Notes: generated by a model from the letters alone, not told the origin. A DNA stretch of 63,968 nt, filler included, from Octopus bimaculoides (GCF_001194135.2; 4 parts of 4 records of this genome joined end to end with filler, not necessarily neighbours in it), one strand, 5' to 3'. Counted from the first letter of the whole stretch, positions 51,212 through 63,968 are shown. Translations and numbers: made by a program.

Positions 51212-52073
51212 TCAGTAGTCTTATATTTATCACGTGCTTTCATTTCACTACCGAGCGCTGCTCTGCGTGCCTTGGATATGTGCTGTGGTTTGTTGTGATG
51301 CTCTTATTTTCGCTGTATTGAAAGTGTTTTGCATAGGATGTGTGCAGTGCCTAGTAGTACTTTTTTCTGTGTTACATATACTTGTTAGTCCTGGTGTTTT
51401 TAGCATGTATTTGTCTGAATATTTTGTTTTATCATACCTAATGCGCCTATTATGATAGGAACTGTTTCTGCTTATAGAATCCACATTTGAGTTACCTCTA
51501 TTTCCAGATCTTTGTATTTTGAAAGTTTCTCCGTTTCTTTTAGACAAACATTGTCATCTGTTGGTATTGATACATCGATTAGAAAAGATTTTTTTCTTGT
51601 TGATATTTGACAACTATATCTGAACCATTGGCCTTAATTTCTCTATCTGTGTATTGGCACATCTCAGGGTGTGATTGCTTTCTCGTTTTCTGTGACCTTT
51701 TCTGGCGTGTGTTTATAACATCTTTTTCTATTATTCCATACTGTTGGCATAGCTTCCAGTGTATGTAGGCCCTAACTCTGTCGTGTCTCTGAATATATTT
51801 CTTCTTAGCCAGAACTGGGCAGTCAGAGACAATATGATTCATTGTTTCTTCTCCATCTCCAGATATTTTGTAGTTATTTGTATTTCTTTTCATTACTTGT
51901 CTTTGATAATGTCGGGTGGGAAGGCTTTGGTCTTATGCTGCATTTAAAGATCTTTCAGTCCTGAGCTTCTCAGCCATTATTGAGATTTGCCTGTTCTTTT
52001 AGCGTTTAGTTTAACCCAATATTTGTTATGAAGAGGCTTTTCTTGCCATCGTTTTATCCTGATCCGTTGCTGT
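51212..52073 (-). mobile_element. R4/Dong-type LINE family A, older diverged copy
   Basis: Family A 3' UTR; EETMNHIVSDCPVLAKKKYIQRHD..IHWKLC; frameshifts and a deletion near GLK. Confidence 0.9.
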
Positions 52074-52075
52074 TA

Positions 52076-52444
52076 TTATTATTATTATTGTTCAGTAGTT
52101 TTATTTTTATAACGTGCTTTCACTTCACTACCGAGCGCAGCTCTGTGCGCCTTGGGTATGTGCTGTGGTTTGCTGTGGTGCTCTTATGTTTACTGTATTG
52201 AAAGTGTTTTGCGTAGAATGTGTGCAGTACCCAGTAGTGCAATTTTCTGTATGTTATATATATTTGTAAGTCCTGATGTTTTTGTTATGTATTTGTCTGA
52301 ATATTTTTTTTATTATACCTAAGGCACCTACTATGATAGGAATTGTTTCTGTTTTTAGATTCCACATTCGAGTTATCTCTATTTCCAGGTCTTTGTATTT
52401 TGAAAGTTTTTCCATTTCTTTTCGAGAAACGTTGTCATCTGCTG
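52076..52444 (-). mobile_element. R4/Dong-type LINE family A, very young 3' end
   Basis: About 99% like 37386-37690 by eye; (TAA)n tail; runs into a gap. Confidence 0.92.
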
Positions 52445-53021
52445 NNNNNNNNNNNNNNNNNNNNNNNNNNNNNNNNNNNNNNNNNNNNNNNNNNNNNNNN
52501 NNNNNNNNNNNNNNNNNNNNNNNNNNNNNNNNNNNNNNNNNNNNNNNNNNNNNNNNNNNNNNNNNNNNNNNNNNNNNNNNNNNNNNNNNNNNNNNNNNNN
52601 NNNNNNNNNNNNNNNNNNNNNNNNNNNNNNNNNNNNNNNNNNNNNNNNNNNNNNNNNNNNNNNNNNNNNNNNNNNNNNNNNNNNNNNNNNNNNNNNNNNN
52701 NNNNNNNNNNNNNNNNNNNNNNNNNNNNNNNNNNNNNNNNNNNNNNNNNNNNNNNNNNNNNNNNNNNNNNNNNNNNNNNNNNNNNNNNNNNNNNNNNNNN
52801 NNNNNNNNNNNNNNNNNNNNNNNNNNNNNNNNNNNNNNNNNNNNNNNNNNNNNNNNNNNNNNNNNNNNNNNNNNNNNNNNNNNNNNNNNNNNNNNNNNNN
52901 NNNNNNNNNNNNNNNNNNNNNNNNNNNNNNNNNNNNNNNNNNNNNNNNNNNNNNNNNNNNNNNNNNNNNNNNNNNNNNNNNNNNNNNNNNNNNNNNNNNN
53001 NNNNNNNNNNNNNNNNNNNNN

Positions 53022-53478
53022 NTTTAAAGATCTTTCAGTCCTGAGCTTCTCAGCCATTATTGAGATTTGCCTGTTCTTTTAGCGTTTAGTTTAACCCAAT
53101 ATTTGTTATGAAGAGGCTTTTCTTGCCATCGTTTTACCATGGTCCGTTGCTGTTCTAGTTTTAGTTTGGATTTCATTTGTTTTATGGCTTTTGTTGTTTC
53201 TTCCTCTTCTTCTTCTTCGTATTTGTTAGGTAGATTGATTTCTTGTATGTATTTGTCAGCTTCCTTAAATACTGAACACAGTTTTTTGTTTTGCTCGTGT
53301 TTTGTGGTTATTTGTGTTAGTTTTCCTTGCTTCTGGAGTAGGTATTTTTGCAGTCCTATGATGGTTATTTTATAATAGTTTTCTAGCTGTATAAGACCCC
53401 TACCACCTTCTGTGCGTGGTATATATAACCTTTCTATGTCAGATTTTGGGTGGTGCATCCTATATTCTGTCATTATTT
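53022..53478 (-). mobile_element. R4/Dong-type LINE family A, upstream segment of the older copy
   Basis: MHHPKSDIERLYIPRTEGGRGLIQLE...RWQEKPLH; shares a derived deletion and stop with 51943-52073. Confidence 0.88.
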
Positions 53479-53835
53479 NNNNNNNNNNNNNNNNNNNNNN
53501 NNNNNNNNNNNNNNNNNNNNNNNNNNNNNNNNNNNNNNNNNNNNNNNNNNNNNNNNNNNNNNNNNNNNNNNNNNNNNNATATATATATACACATATATAC
53601 ACATATATATATATGTACGCATATATATATGTATATAAATATCCATTTATGTATCTGTGTGTATATACACGTATATATACATATAAAAACCACTCTTTGT
53701 CCCCACCCATATATAATACTCAATTGCAAGATTGCCACGCAATAACTAGTACTTAGCTATTAATAATTGCGGTACAATACCAGCGGTATATTGGATAGGT
53801 ATTATCCCTTAGTTGGTTTCTCAACCTCGAACTCC

Positions 53836-53875
53836 GGCCATGACGAAGGGAAATAGCCCTGAAACTCGAGTCGCC
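53836..53875 (+). ncRNA. Minimal hammerhead motif (one extra nucleotide in core)
   Basis: GGC-CATGACGA-AGGG aaatag CCCT-GAAA-CTCGAG-TC|GCC; helix III palindrome ACTCGAGT; followed by a TA-rich tract. Confidence 0.7.
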
Positions 53876-54856
53876 TTTATATATTTATATTTATATATTT
53901 ATATATTTGATCCTTTATATTGAACACTCAATATTTCATCTACATTCAATACTTTCTTTCATGGTGCCATCCATTTTTATTTTATTTTATTTTATATTGT
54001 ATATTGTATATTATATTATATATTGTATATTCCATATTCTATACCCCACATTAGTTCTGCAGGAATATAAATAAAACATAAAAAACAGACAGTGTTGGAA
54101 CTCTTTTAAACAAAATAATATATATATATANNNNNNNNNNNNNNNNNNNNNNNNNNNNNNNNNNNNNNNNNNNNNNNNNNNNNNNNNNNNNNNNNNNNNN
54201 NNNNNNNNNNNNNNNNNNNNNNNNNNNNNNNNNNNNNNNNNNNNNNNNNNNNNNNNNNNNNNNNNNNNNNNNNNNNNNNNNNNNNNNNNNNNNNNNNNNN
54301 NNNNNNNNNNNNNNNNNNNNNNNNNNNNNNNNNNNATGCATATATATATTGTGTATATATATATATACAAGTCTTTAGTTTTGTTTTGTTTACGCTTTTC
54401 CCTCCGGTCTTTGTTCTATGTGTGCCATAAATATCGCCATCCGTTTAGTGAAAAATTTGTAGTTTAGAATCAGTAGTTCTTTGACTGCCAGTTCTAAATT
54501 TTCAGTATGTTGGAGAAGCAACTCAATGCTAATCCCTGTATATTTATGATGATAAATGGTTTTACCGATAAAGGTTTTTTCATACTGAACTACTTGGCAA
54601 AATTGTTAATTATTAATTCTATTATTAATTGACGATTCCCTGCCCTTATTCTTGTATATATATATAGATACATACTTATATATACACTCAAATATATATA
54701 CATACATACACACGCACACACACATGGATAAATTATACATATACACACACACACATGTATGCTTGTATATCGTGAGGTATAAAGAGGCATTGAGGGAGAC
54801 AAAGAGAAAGTTAGACAAATAGATGCTTCCCACCACGCGGCCTGTTGGGAAAGCGT

Positions 54857-54910
<54 letters not shown>

Positions 54911-56170
54911 GCGCACACATATACAAAGGAGAGTTTATATTAAGTTTTAATGTTTGTTTACTTATCTTTTACTGAATACGTTACGTTCTAGTCTTTACTG
55001 AGAAATGACGCGTTTAACATTTCGATATGTTCATTCGTGTATCATGTAAGTCGTTGCTTGTGAAAAAAATTGAAGTGCACGTACAAGCGTAAAGCAAAAT
55101 TGAAGAAACTGTATCTTAGGTCTTTGACAACCATTCTATAGGTAATTAGTTAGTTTCTGTATTGTTTCCAAGAGTTTGTGATAATAATTATAAGAGTTGT
55201 AGATATATACGTATATATATATGTATTTCGGAGTAAATTTTTAGCTACTTTAAAACTAAATAACCAATGCATGAAACAAAAGACGGAAAGAAATAAAATT
55301 AAATAAAATAAGAGATAGAAAACATGAACAGAAAAAGAGACGAAAATAAAACAACAAATGTCCTAAAATTAGAAATCAGATACAAATGTTATATAGAAAA
55401 GAAAAAAAAGAAAAACAGGAAAAGAAAATAAATAGAAATAGACATAAATTCAATAATTGCATTGTGTACGTCAAAAATAGTTTTCGTTCAAGCCATTCAA
55501 TATATTTAAGTGTTGGAAATTCCAACATATGAATACTATTATAAATTTAAATTCATTGCCTATACATTTTTAATTTTTGAAAAATCTATTTTGGTTTATA
55601 TTTTTATCTAATTTAAAAGTTTTTGAAATAAAATTGAACATACCGAGTGAATTATAAAAGCTTTCTTCAATTATATACATTTGAAAGCACTTCAGAATCC
55701 ACATGTTAACTAGAACAGTTCTTAATATTCTCTCTAGAGCACTCTTATCTCTTGTGACAAGCCATGCAAGTGGTCATGGAAACGAACAACTAGCTAGAAC
55801 ACGAGAGGTAAATTAATCTTGATATGCTAAAAGTTGCTGTTTCGAAATTTAATAGTCATATTTTTCTTGTTGTTATTGTGTATTTCAATACGATGTTTTT
55901 TGTTTATTTATTTATTTATTTATTTATTCATTTATTTATTTATTTATTTAAAAATCAAATCATGATTATTATTACGTGAAATATGCTCGTAGTATTATTT
56001 CTAAGGACGGAGATGAAACAACTACTGTTGTCACAAGTTGAATATCTCAACTTGAATAAACAAACACACATATACAAAAATGCGCATATATTCAAACACA
56101 TGCATATGCACTCATATATGTGTTTGCGTGTGTGTGTGGCTGTTGTTTTTGCCGATTTGTGATTTGTATA

Positions 56171-56213
<43 letters not shown>

Positions 56214-56569
56214 NNNNNNNNNNACACACACACACACACACACGCACACACAGACGCACACACACACACACACGCGCGCATGCACACGCGCATGCACACG
56301 CGCATGCACACGCACACACACATGGCTGGATCTAAATTGGCTTTAACGATGAGAAGTCAGTTGTTCGATCAACTGAATTCCTCAGTGAAGTGGCATATGC
56401 GTGCGCACACGCGAATGTGCATGTGTATTTGTGTGCGTGTGTGTGTGTGTGTGAGTGTGTGTGTGTATGTGCCCGTTTGTGCCCGTGTGTATATGTATAG
56501 GCAGATGTAAACATACGCACATGTAAACATACGCACATAAAACACGAAAACTAATGCCATACACTACCA

Positions 56570-58060
56570 AATGGGAATCATACAGGGTGATAGCTTGTCA
56601 GTACTGCTCTTTGCTCTCTCATTAATTCTCTATCGGACCTGTCAATAAAACCTAGCAGACGTTGGAATAGATCCGGTAACATTTCTCACCTTTTATTTGT
56701 TAATGACTTGGAGTTGTATGAGTCAAATATTAACCACATCAAAAAGGAAATGGATCTCAACCTAATTCTTTAAAGACATTGCAATGAAATTTGGTGGATC
56801 CAAAAGTGTACTTTTGGTAGTAAAATGCAGGCAACTTGTGCCCTCATCCAAGACAATAAATATGTTTGATTTATAAATGAAGCGTTTATGCACTGGGAAA
56901 AGAATTTTGGATAGGATGAGAATATCATCTATGATGTGTGTATCAATAAGGAGTAGAATTTTAAAAAATGAGTTACTGAGTTCTCGGCTTACAATAGGCA
57001 TATAAACTACATCACCTTTTCAGTGCTTGTCTTCAAACCCACATTTGGCCTTCTGCACTGGTCATTGCAAGAGCTCAAAGAACTCGCAAGCTGCCGAGTA
57101 TTACTGGAAACTATTAATATCATTGGAAATGCAGTCAGGTTATATTTCTCACGCAAGGATGGTAGTCGTGGTCTCAAATCTGTATTGATGTCATATGAAA
57201 CAGCACATATTGTGATATTAAAACAACATTTGTAGCAGAAGAAAGGAGACCAATAACTATCTTACCCAGTTTGTAGGCACAAAAACAGCATCATTAGGAT
57301 AGCTAGTGAACTTGAGGAGAGGGATGAAGTAGGAGCTGATATTGGTCTCTCCTCAAACAGCATTGGTATATTCTATTTATCAGAACAGCAAAATAAAAAA
57401 GAAAATGGACTTGTTCACTGGGAAGTTATTTCATGAGTACTTGACATGAAAGATGCAAGTCAAAGATGGAATGAACTATGCCAAAAACTTCACATAGTGT
57501 ACCAATAATCCAACTTTGAAGGCTACGTCAAGGGATTCTCACTAACTACCTGCAACATAAAAGAAAGAAAACATTGATGGACAACGAATGTAGGCTGTGC
57601 TGAACTAAAAATTTAAGACGTCAACCACATTATTGTCAACTGCGAGAGAATGTTTTCTGGATATTCTCTTCCCATGAGACATGATGCGTGGACAACACAG
57701 AATGGAACAGTATAAGTATAAAGAAAATACCGACAAAGTTTGACTATATTGTAATCAATGAGTCAAAAGAATATTGGTGGATTTAAAAATTAATACAGCA
57801 TCCAATTTAAAATGCAACCGGACAGATATTGTTATGTAGGATCACAAGAAAAATATGCTCTGTTGTGAAAATCAGCTGCTCCCGGATCGGAAAAATACAG
57901 TCCATTTGTGGACTATTGAAAAGAGAGATTTTCAGTTTCATATCTGTTATTATACGAGCAACAGAATACACAGTAAGCATAATGTGGTTCAAATTGAGTA
58001 CTTGAGAAAAGAATGAAACTCCTCAATGTATGTGTCACAAACGATTACGATGTCCTTAAC
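56570..58060 (+). mobile_element. R4-type RLE LINE (family E-related), decayed RT to RLE
   Basis: GIIQGDSLSVLLF, ISHLLFVNDLELY, MKFG, RLYFSRKDGSRGL, CRLC, EYWW. Confidence 0.8.
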
Positions 58061-58185
58061 AATAAAAATCCGCAAGACCTTGCGAGTTAAAGGGTGATGA
58101 GCAATACAAGATGCTGTCCTTCACAAGCTTACAACCGATCAAATGAGCTCAAATTAAAAGGAGAAAGCGAAAACATACATACATA

Positions 58186-58616
58186 AGTGAAGACCTCAAT
58201 AAAATGTGAACATAATATACCTGACATAGTTGTTTTGGATAGAAAAGAGAAACTGTGTGCAGTTGTGGAAATCAGCTGCTCAGCAGATGTTAACATAAAG
58301 CTAAAAATCAGAGAAAAAGAAAATACCTATGCTGAACTACTGAGGAATCTACAGTTACTCTATCCAGATTAGAAGTTCAGGTTTATACCAGTAATTATTG
58401 GGGCTCTGGAATATGTAACATACTACCTAAAAAAAAAATCTTTCTCAAAACCAGAAAAGAGAAAGCTGATTCGAAGACTACAGATCCAATCCATCACCTG
58501 AACTGTAAAAAATCTGTGTAACTTTCCAGAAGTTAGTCATTTAAGTATATATGAGCATGTCTAGACATGCAACTATATGCATGAGAATACATACATAAAA
58601 CAAAGCATACTAATCT

Positions 58617-58655
<39 letters not shown>

Positions 58656-58741
58656 TACATACATACGTACATACATACATAAATACATACATACATACAT
58701 ACATACATACATACACACACATACATACATACATACATACA

Positions 58742-58775
<34 letters not shown>

Positions 58776-58880
58776 CAAAAACATTCTGTTGATATTTTGA
58801 GATTCCAATGAAGGAGCCTTGGATCTAGGTTAGAAACCAGTTCTTTCTCTACTGGCAAGAAATCTTGAAATAAACTGATT
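58186..58880 (+). mobile_element. RLE LINE family E 3' fragment, preceded by (TACA)3 and followed by (TACA)n
   Basis: KTSIKCEHNIPDIVV..VEISCSADVN..EKENTYAELLRNLQLLYPD; 3' UTR with internal (TACA)n. Confidence 0.9.
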
Positions 58881-59099
58881 AATGACATACATACGTACAT
58901 ACACGCATAAACACACATACATGCATACACATACACATACATACATACTTTCATACATTTACATACAGACACTCATATACACATACATACATGCACACAT
59001 ATATATATATACATATATATACACATACATACATGCACACGTACATACATACATACATACATACATACATTCTTACATACATACATACATACATGCATA

Positions 59100-59730
59100 A
59101 AAAAGGAATACTGGTGGAATGTCCCAGTGAAGACCTCAATTAAATGTTAGCACAAAAGACCTGATATAATGATTTGGTATAGAGAAGAGAAACTGTGCAC
59201 AGTTGTTGAAATCAGCTGCCCAGCAGATGTTAACATAAAACTGAAGATCAGTGAAAATGAAAACACCTATGCTGAACTATTGAGAAATCTGCAGTAGCTA
59301 TATCCATATTACGAGTTCAGGTTTATACTTATACCTGTAATTACTGGGGCCCTGGGATATGTGACACACTGCCTAAATAACAATCTTGAGAAATTAGGGT
59401 TCTCAAAACCAGGAAAGAGAAAGTTAATTCGAAGACTACAGATCCAATCCATCACTGGAACTATAAGGATGTGTAAAACTTTCCAGAAGTTTATCATTTA
59501 GATATGTAACTATATGCATGAGGAGACATATATAAAACATACAAATCTGCACATATACATACACACATACATACACACATACATACATACATACATACAT
59601 ACATACATACATACATACAAACAAAAATACTCTGTTGTTGATGTTGAAATTCCAATGAAAGAGCCTTGGTTCCAGGTTAAAAAACGGTTCTTTCTCTATT
59701 GGCAAGAAATCTTGACATAGACTGAATAAT
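59100..59730 (+). mobile_element. RLE LINE family E 3' fragment, tandem with the previous copy in (TACA)n
   Basis: EYWWNVPVKTS..KRPDI..VEISCPADVN..IPVITGALGYV..RRLQIQSITGT; same bipartite UTR. Confidence 0.9.
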
Positions 59731-60259
59731 GACATACATACACATATACACACGTACATACATACATACATATACATGCATACATACATGCATACATACA
59801 TACATACATACAAACATACATACATACATACACACATACATACAAACACATACATACATACATACACACNNNNNNNNNNNNNNNNNNNNNNNNNNNNNNN
59901 NNNNNNNNNNNNNNNNNNNNNNNNNNNNNNNNNNNNNNNNNNNNNNNNNNNNNNNNNNNNNNNNNNNNNNNNNNNNNNNNNNNNNNNNNNNNNNNNNNNN
60001 NNNNNNNNNNNNNNNNNNNNNNNNNNNNNNNNNNNNNNNNNNNNNNNNNNNNNNNNNNNNNNNNNNNNNNNNNNNNNNNNNNNNNNNNNNNNNNNNNNNN
60101 NNNNNNNNNNNNNNNNNNNNNNNNNNNNNATGCCTGCATACATTCATACAAACACATACATACATACATACACACATACACACACATACATACACACATG
60201 CATACATACATGCCTGCATACATTCATACATACAAACACATACATACATACATATATAC

Positions 60260-60300
<41 letters not shown>

Positions 60301-60415
60301 CACATACACACACATACATACACACATGCATACATACATACATGCATACATACATACATACATACATACATACATACATACATACATTCATACATGCGTA
60401 CGCACGTACATAGAT
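59730..60415. repeat. (TACA)n-based tetranucleotide array with gap
   Basis: Read directly. Confidence 0.95.
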
Positions 60416-60569
60416 AGATAAACGTCGAAGCCCGGTGCTAAAGTCGACAGCGGAAGTTACTGGTAATACAAATCAGCTCCGTCTACGGATCCAACAATCT
60501 CTGGGAGAATGAACTTTGACTTACTGAAAGCATCGGTTAGGACCTACAATGCATTAAACGTATATACTC

Positions 60570-60799
60570 TTCTACTCTTTCGCTTGCTTCAGTCGTTTGA
60601 CGGCGGCCATGCTGGAGCATGGAACTTCAAAGTGTTTTTAGTCGAAGAAATCGACCTCAGAACTTAATACTTTTGTAAGCTTAGTATTTATTCTATCGCT
60701 GTATTTTTGCCGAACCGCTAAGTTACAGGTACAATAAGTACACCAGCATCAGTTGTCAAGCGATGATAGGGGGGGAGGGGGACGAGAAACGTGCGCACA

Positions 60800-60874
<75 letters not shown>

Positions 60875-61000
60875 TGGGCTTCTTTCTGTTAGTTGCCGTC
60901 TATCAAATACAATTACAAAGCTTTGATCGGACCAAGGCTACAGTAGAAGGTACTTGCCCAAGGTGCCACGCAGTGGGACTGAACCCGGGATCATGTGGAC
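60570..61000 (-). mobile_element. SINE family 2 with internal (CA)n
   Basis: 3' part GCGGCCATGCTGGAGC...GCCGAACCGCTAAGTTAC; (CA)n 60805-60871; head part CTTGCCCAAGGTGCCACGCAGTGGGACTGAACCCGG. Confidence 0.88.
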
Positions 61001-61074
61001 GTTTTGATTTCGTTTTCTATCTTTATAGTAAGCAGCATTGCTGTGTACTATATAATATTTGTAAAACCACCATC

Positions 61075-61126
61075 ATACTACCAGTGCTGCTGCTATTGCT
61101 GCTGCTACCGCTACTACCACCACCAT

Positions 61127-61174
<48 letters not shown>

Positions 61175-61197
61175 TACTACCACTACTACTACTACTA

Positions 61198-61271
<74 letters not shown>

Positions 61272-61272
61272 G
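61075..61272. repeat. (CTA)n/(CCA)n triplet array
   Basis: Read directly. Confidence 0.95.
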
Positions 61273-61852
61273 CAATCTTGTCCAAAGTTGACTGCTCCTT
61301 CTGACATTATGCGGTCTCTCTCGCTAGGCGTATATGTTCGAAGGATATTTATTATTACTAGCGGGACCCATGAAAATTTCACGGAATTAATGGTAAAGCT
61401 ATTGGGTTACTTCTGAAAACTTTATCCAAAAAACCTGAAAGCATAGCCTGTGTTATGTGTATATCAAAAGATAGTCGCTCATCTGCTATTCATTGAAAAG
61501 TAAAAGAAATTGGAATACGATGATTACTTAATGTACCGTATATATACACTATATGTTTTATGCACAATTTCATAGACTTAATACACAACACTCATAAAAA
61601 AATATTCACTCTTATTTTTCCGTTTTGCCCATGAACAAACAAAAAATATCTCGTACATATGATACAACCTTTAGTTAAATTGCATATATCTGCCAGGTAA
61701 ATAGCGTGAATATTTCACGGACTTGCTCTTATGCGCATGCGTTAAGTGATAGGTAATATAAAAAAAACTTTAAAAACTTTTAAAAAATGCACTTTTCACT
61801 ATCCACCTCTACTATAACCACCTTCTCCACCATCATCTTCACCAACTCCTCC

Positions 61853-61952
61853 NNNNNNNNNNNNNNNNNNNNNNNNNNNNNNNNNNNNNNNNNNNNTTAA
61901 TTAATTAANNNNNNNNNNNNNNNNNNNNNNNNNNNNNNNNNNNNNNNNNNNN
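61853..61952. other. Artificial scaffold-joining spacer
   Basis: N44, TTAATTAATTAA at 61897-61908, N44. Confidence 0.97.
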
Positions 61953-62370
61953 ATTTCACGAGCAGGCTGTTCCGTTGATCGGATCGACTGGAACCCTCGT
62001 CGCCGTAAGCGACGGAGTGCCAACAACAATTGTTGTTGGCTATCAACAGTTTTATTTTTCTGCTACTTTACATACTTCAAGAGAAAATTATCAGGGGAAA
62101 ATGGTGATATTAACAGCTACTGTCTCAAAAGAAATGATGGCGGAGGAACCGTGAAGAGAGTCTGTGAGTGTCGAATCGCATGATTCTGTCAGCAGATGTC
62201 AAACAACAACAAAAATAGACACATCGTTCCAGCGCTCAAAATTGACAAAAATAACTTCCTTTGGGTCAGTACTGGATTCATGTTGCCATGGTAGCTGATA
62301 TTTTGGTAACATTTTGCGAAAGCTGCTGATTACATTTGGTGAACAATGGCAGTAAAAACAAATAAATCAT

Positions 62371-62500
62371 AGGCATGGCTGTACGGTAAGAAGTTTGCTT
62401 CCTAACCACAAGGTTGCTTCCGAGTTCAGCCCCATTGTGTAGTACCTTGGATGTCTTCTAGTATAGCCTTGGTAAATGGAAACTGAAAGAAGCTTGTCGA

Positions 62501-62550
<50 letters not shown>

Positions 62551-62756
62551 ACGTGCGTGCGTGCGTGTCCCCCGTTAATTCTTCACAATCGGTGCTGGTG
62601 TGTTCACGTTCTTGTAACTTAGCGATTTAGCAAAAGATATCCATAGAATAGATACCAAGCTTTAAAAAAATTCTGGGGTTGATTCATTCGACTAAACTAA
62701 AAGGTGCTTCCCCTGCGTGGCCACAATCTAATGCCTGTAACAAGTGAAAAATAAAA
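62371..62756 (+). mobile_element. SINE family 2, full length with internal (TG)n
   Basis: GGCATGGCTGTACGGTAAG head, GAGTTCAGCCC B box, GGAAACTGAAAGAAGC, (TG)n, GTAACTTAGCG, 3' end. Confidence 0.85.
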
Positions 62757-62869
62757 GTGGAACGATATCGACCAACTGCTCAGATTAAACTTATATTTAA
62801 GGCTGTAATGAGCGCTACGACTCATAAGGCCGGTTTTCATCGCTATTACAGCACCGCCCCCCTAAAAAG

Positions 62870-63058
62870 GACCCCAGTCTGTCGCAGGGTTAACTTCTCT
62901 GTTATTGTTAGAACGCATTTTACAGTTAAGTGGAATGAAGCAGCGTGGAATGAAGTGTTTTTCTCAAGAACACAACGCATCGCCCGGTCCAGAGATTGAA
63001 ACTACAATCTAATGATTGTGAGTGCAATACTCCTAACCACAACGCCATATGCCTCCAC
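62870..63058 (-). mobile_element. SINE family 3
   Basis: GAAGTGTTTTTCTCAAGAACACAACGC...GAGATTGAAAC...TAACCAC similar to 14630-14772. Confidence 0.7.
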
Positions 63059-63669
63059 GAGTACTCAAAAGTGAAGCAAAAATAATATCTTTTGGGTCGG
63101 TAATGAACTTTTGTTACAACGAAGGCGAGCTGATACCTTGATAACATTATCGAGAAGCTGCTGATCACATTCGTAATGTCTTCGCAGAAGTGAGATATAA
63201 CCGATCTTTTGGAGGCATCTTAGAAATTTTAAAATTCTACAGAAACTAACGAAATTAAGAGACTGTCTTAGAAGAAATGATTGGAGAAATTGGCTTAAGA
63301 TCAGTACAATCAGTCTGTGAGTGTTGTGAGGTGTAACTCACACAGCATCTGCTAAGCAACACCAAAAATAAATCCACCAAGTGCTCAAAATCATACGGAA
63401 AAAGCATTCTCTGAGTTGGTCGTGGGCCCAAACTCATTGCAATGAGAAATGGAGAAATGGTACCTTAAAGGCAAAGGGTTGGGCATCTATAATGCCTTAC
63501 ATGGAAGTGAGACGCAATCTGTCTTTTGATTGCATCTTGGGTGTTTAGAAGCTTCCACCGAAACAATATTTTCAGACTCTATCTCAAAAGACAAGTGTGT
63601 AGGCGAAACAAACTCAAGATCACCTGCTTTCGTCTTTGCTCTTCTGTAAATTTGAACTATTCATCCGAG

Positions 63670-63817
63670 TTTCTTTCAGTCTCTGTCAACCAAATCCACT
63701 CCCAGGGCTTTATTCAGCCGGGGGCTATAATAGAAGATACCAATCGAAACTGTCTCGCAGTGGGACTGAACCCTGAACCCATGTGGTTGGGAAGCAAGTT
63801 TCTTACCACACAGCCAC
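63670..63817 (-). mobile_element. SINE family 2 head
   Basis: CCAAATCCACTC...GCAGTGGGACTGAACCC...CTTACCACACAGCCAC. Confidence 0.85.
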
Positions 63818-63899
63818 AGCCAAAAATAAGAAAGGCTAACAGAATTATTCCACATCCTCTCAAAAGTTTATAAATTCTAATGGCATCAACAGTTAGAAT

Positions 63900-63968
<69 letters not shown>

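Overview
Repeat-dense, AT-rich animal DNA. The SINE families and microsatellite load look like an octopus genome; this is recognition from memory, not a search result. The window is not contiguous. Three artificial spacers (N44-TTAATTAATTAA-N44) join four independent scaffolds (1-19917, 20018-37285, 37386-61852, 61953-63968), and there are many internal N gaps. I found no host protein-coding gene, rRNA, tRNA or CRISPR array that I can support, and most ORF-track entries are translated microsatellites or gaps. What is supportable is mobile DNA: (i) three Penelope-like element (PLE) coding fragments (GIY-YIG endonuclease and/or RT); (ii) about a dozen R4/Dong-type RLE non-LTR fragments sitting in (TAA)n or (TACA)n tracts; (iii) a Tx1/L1-type LINE; (iv) RTE-type LINE fragments, one ending in two C2H2 zinc fingers; (v) a Tc1 transposase with 36-residue D-to-E spacing and a 127-bp MITE; (vi) three tRNA-derived SINE families. 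The most interesting signal is invisible to the ORF track. There are seven minimal type I hammerhead-ribozyme motifs plus two half motifs, six of the seven with a palindromic helix III. Each lies just upstream of a TA/CA microsatellite, several occur as inverted head-to-head pairs, and two carry unusually long structured helix II extensions. They match the dimer-type hammerheads known from PLE pseudo-LTRs. One (8170-8259, minus) has a fully intact catalytic core.
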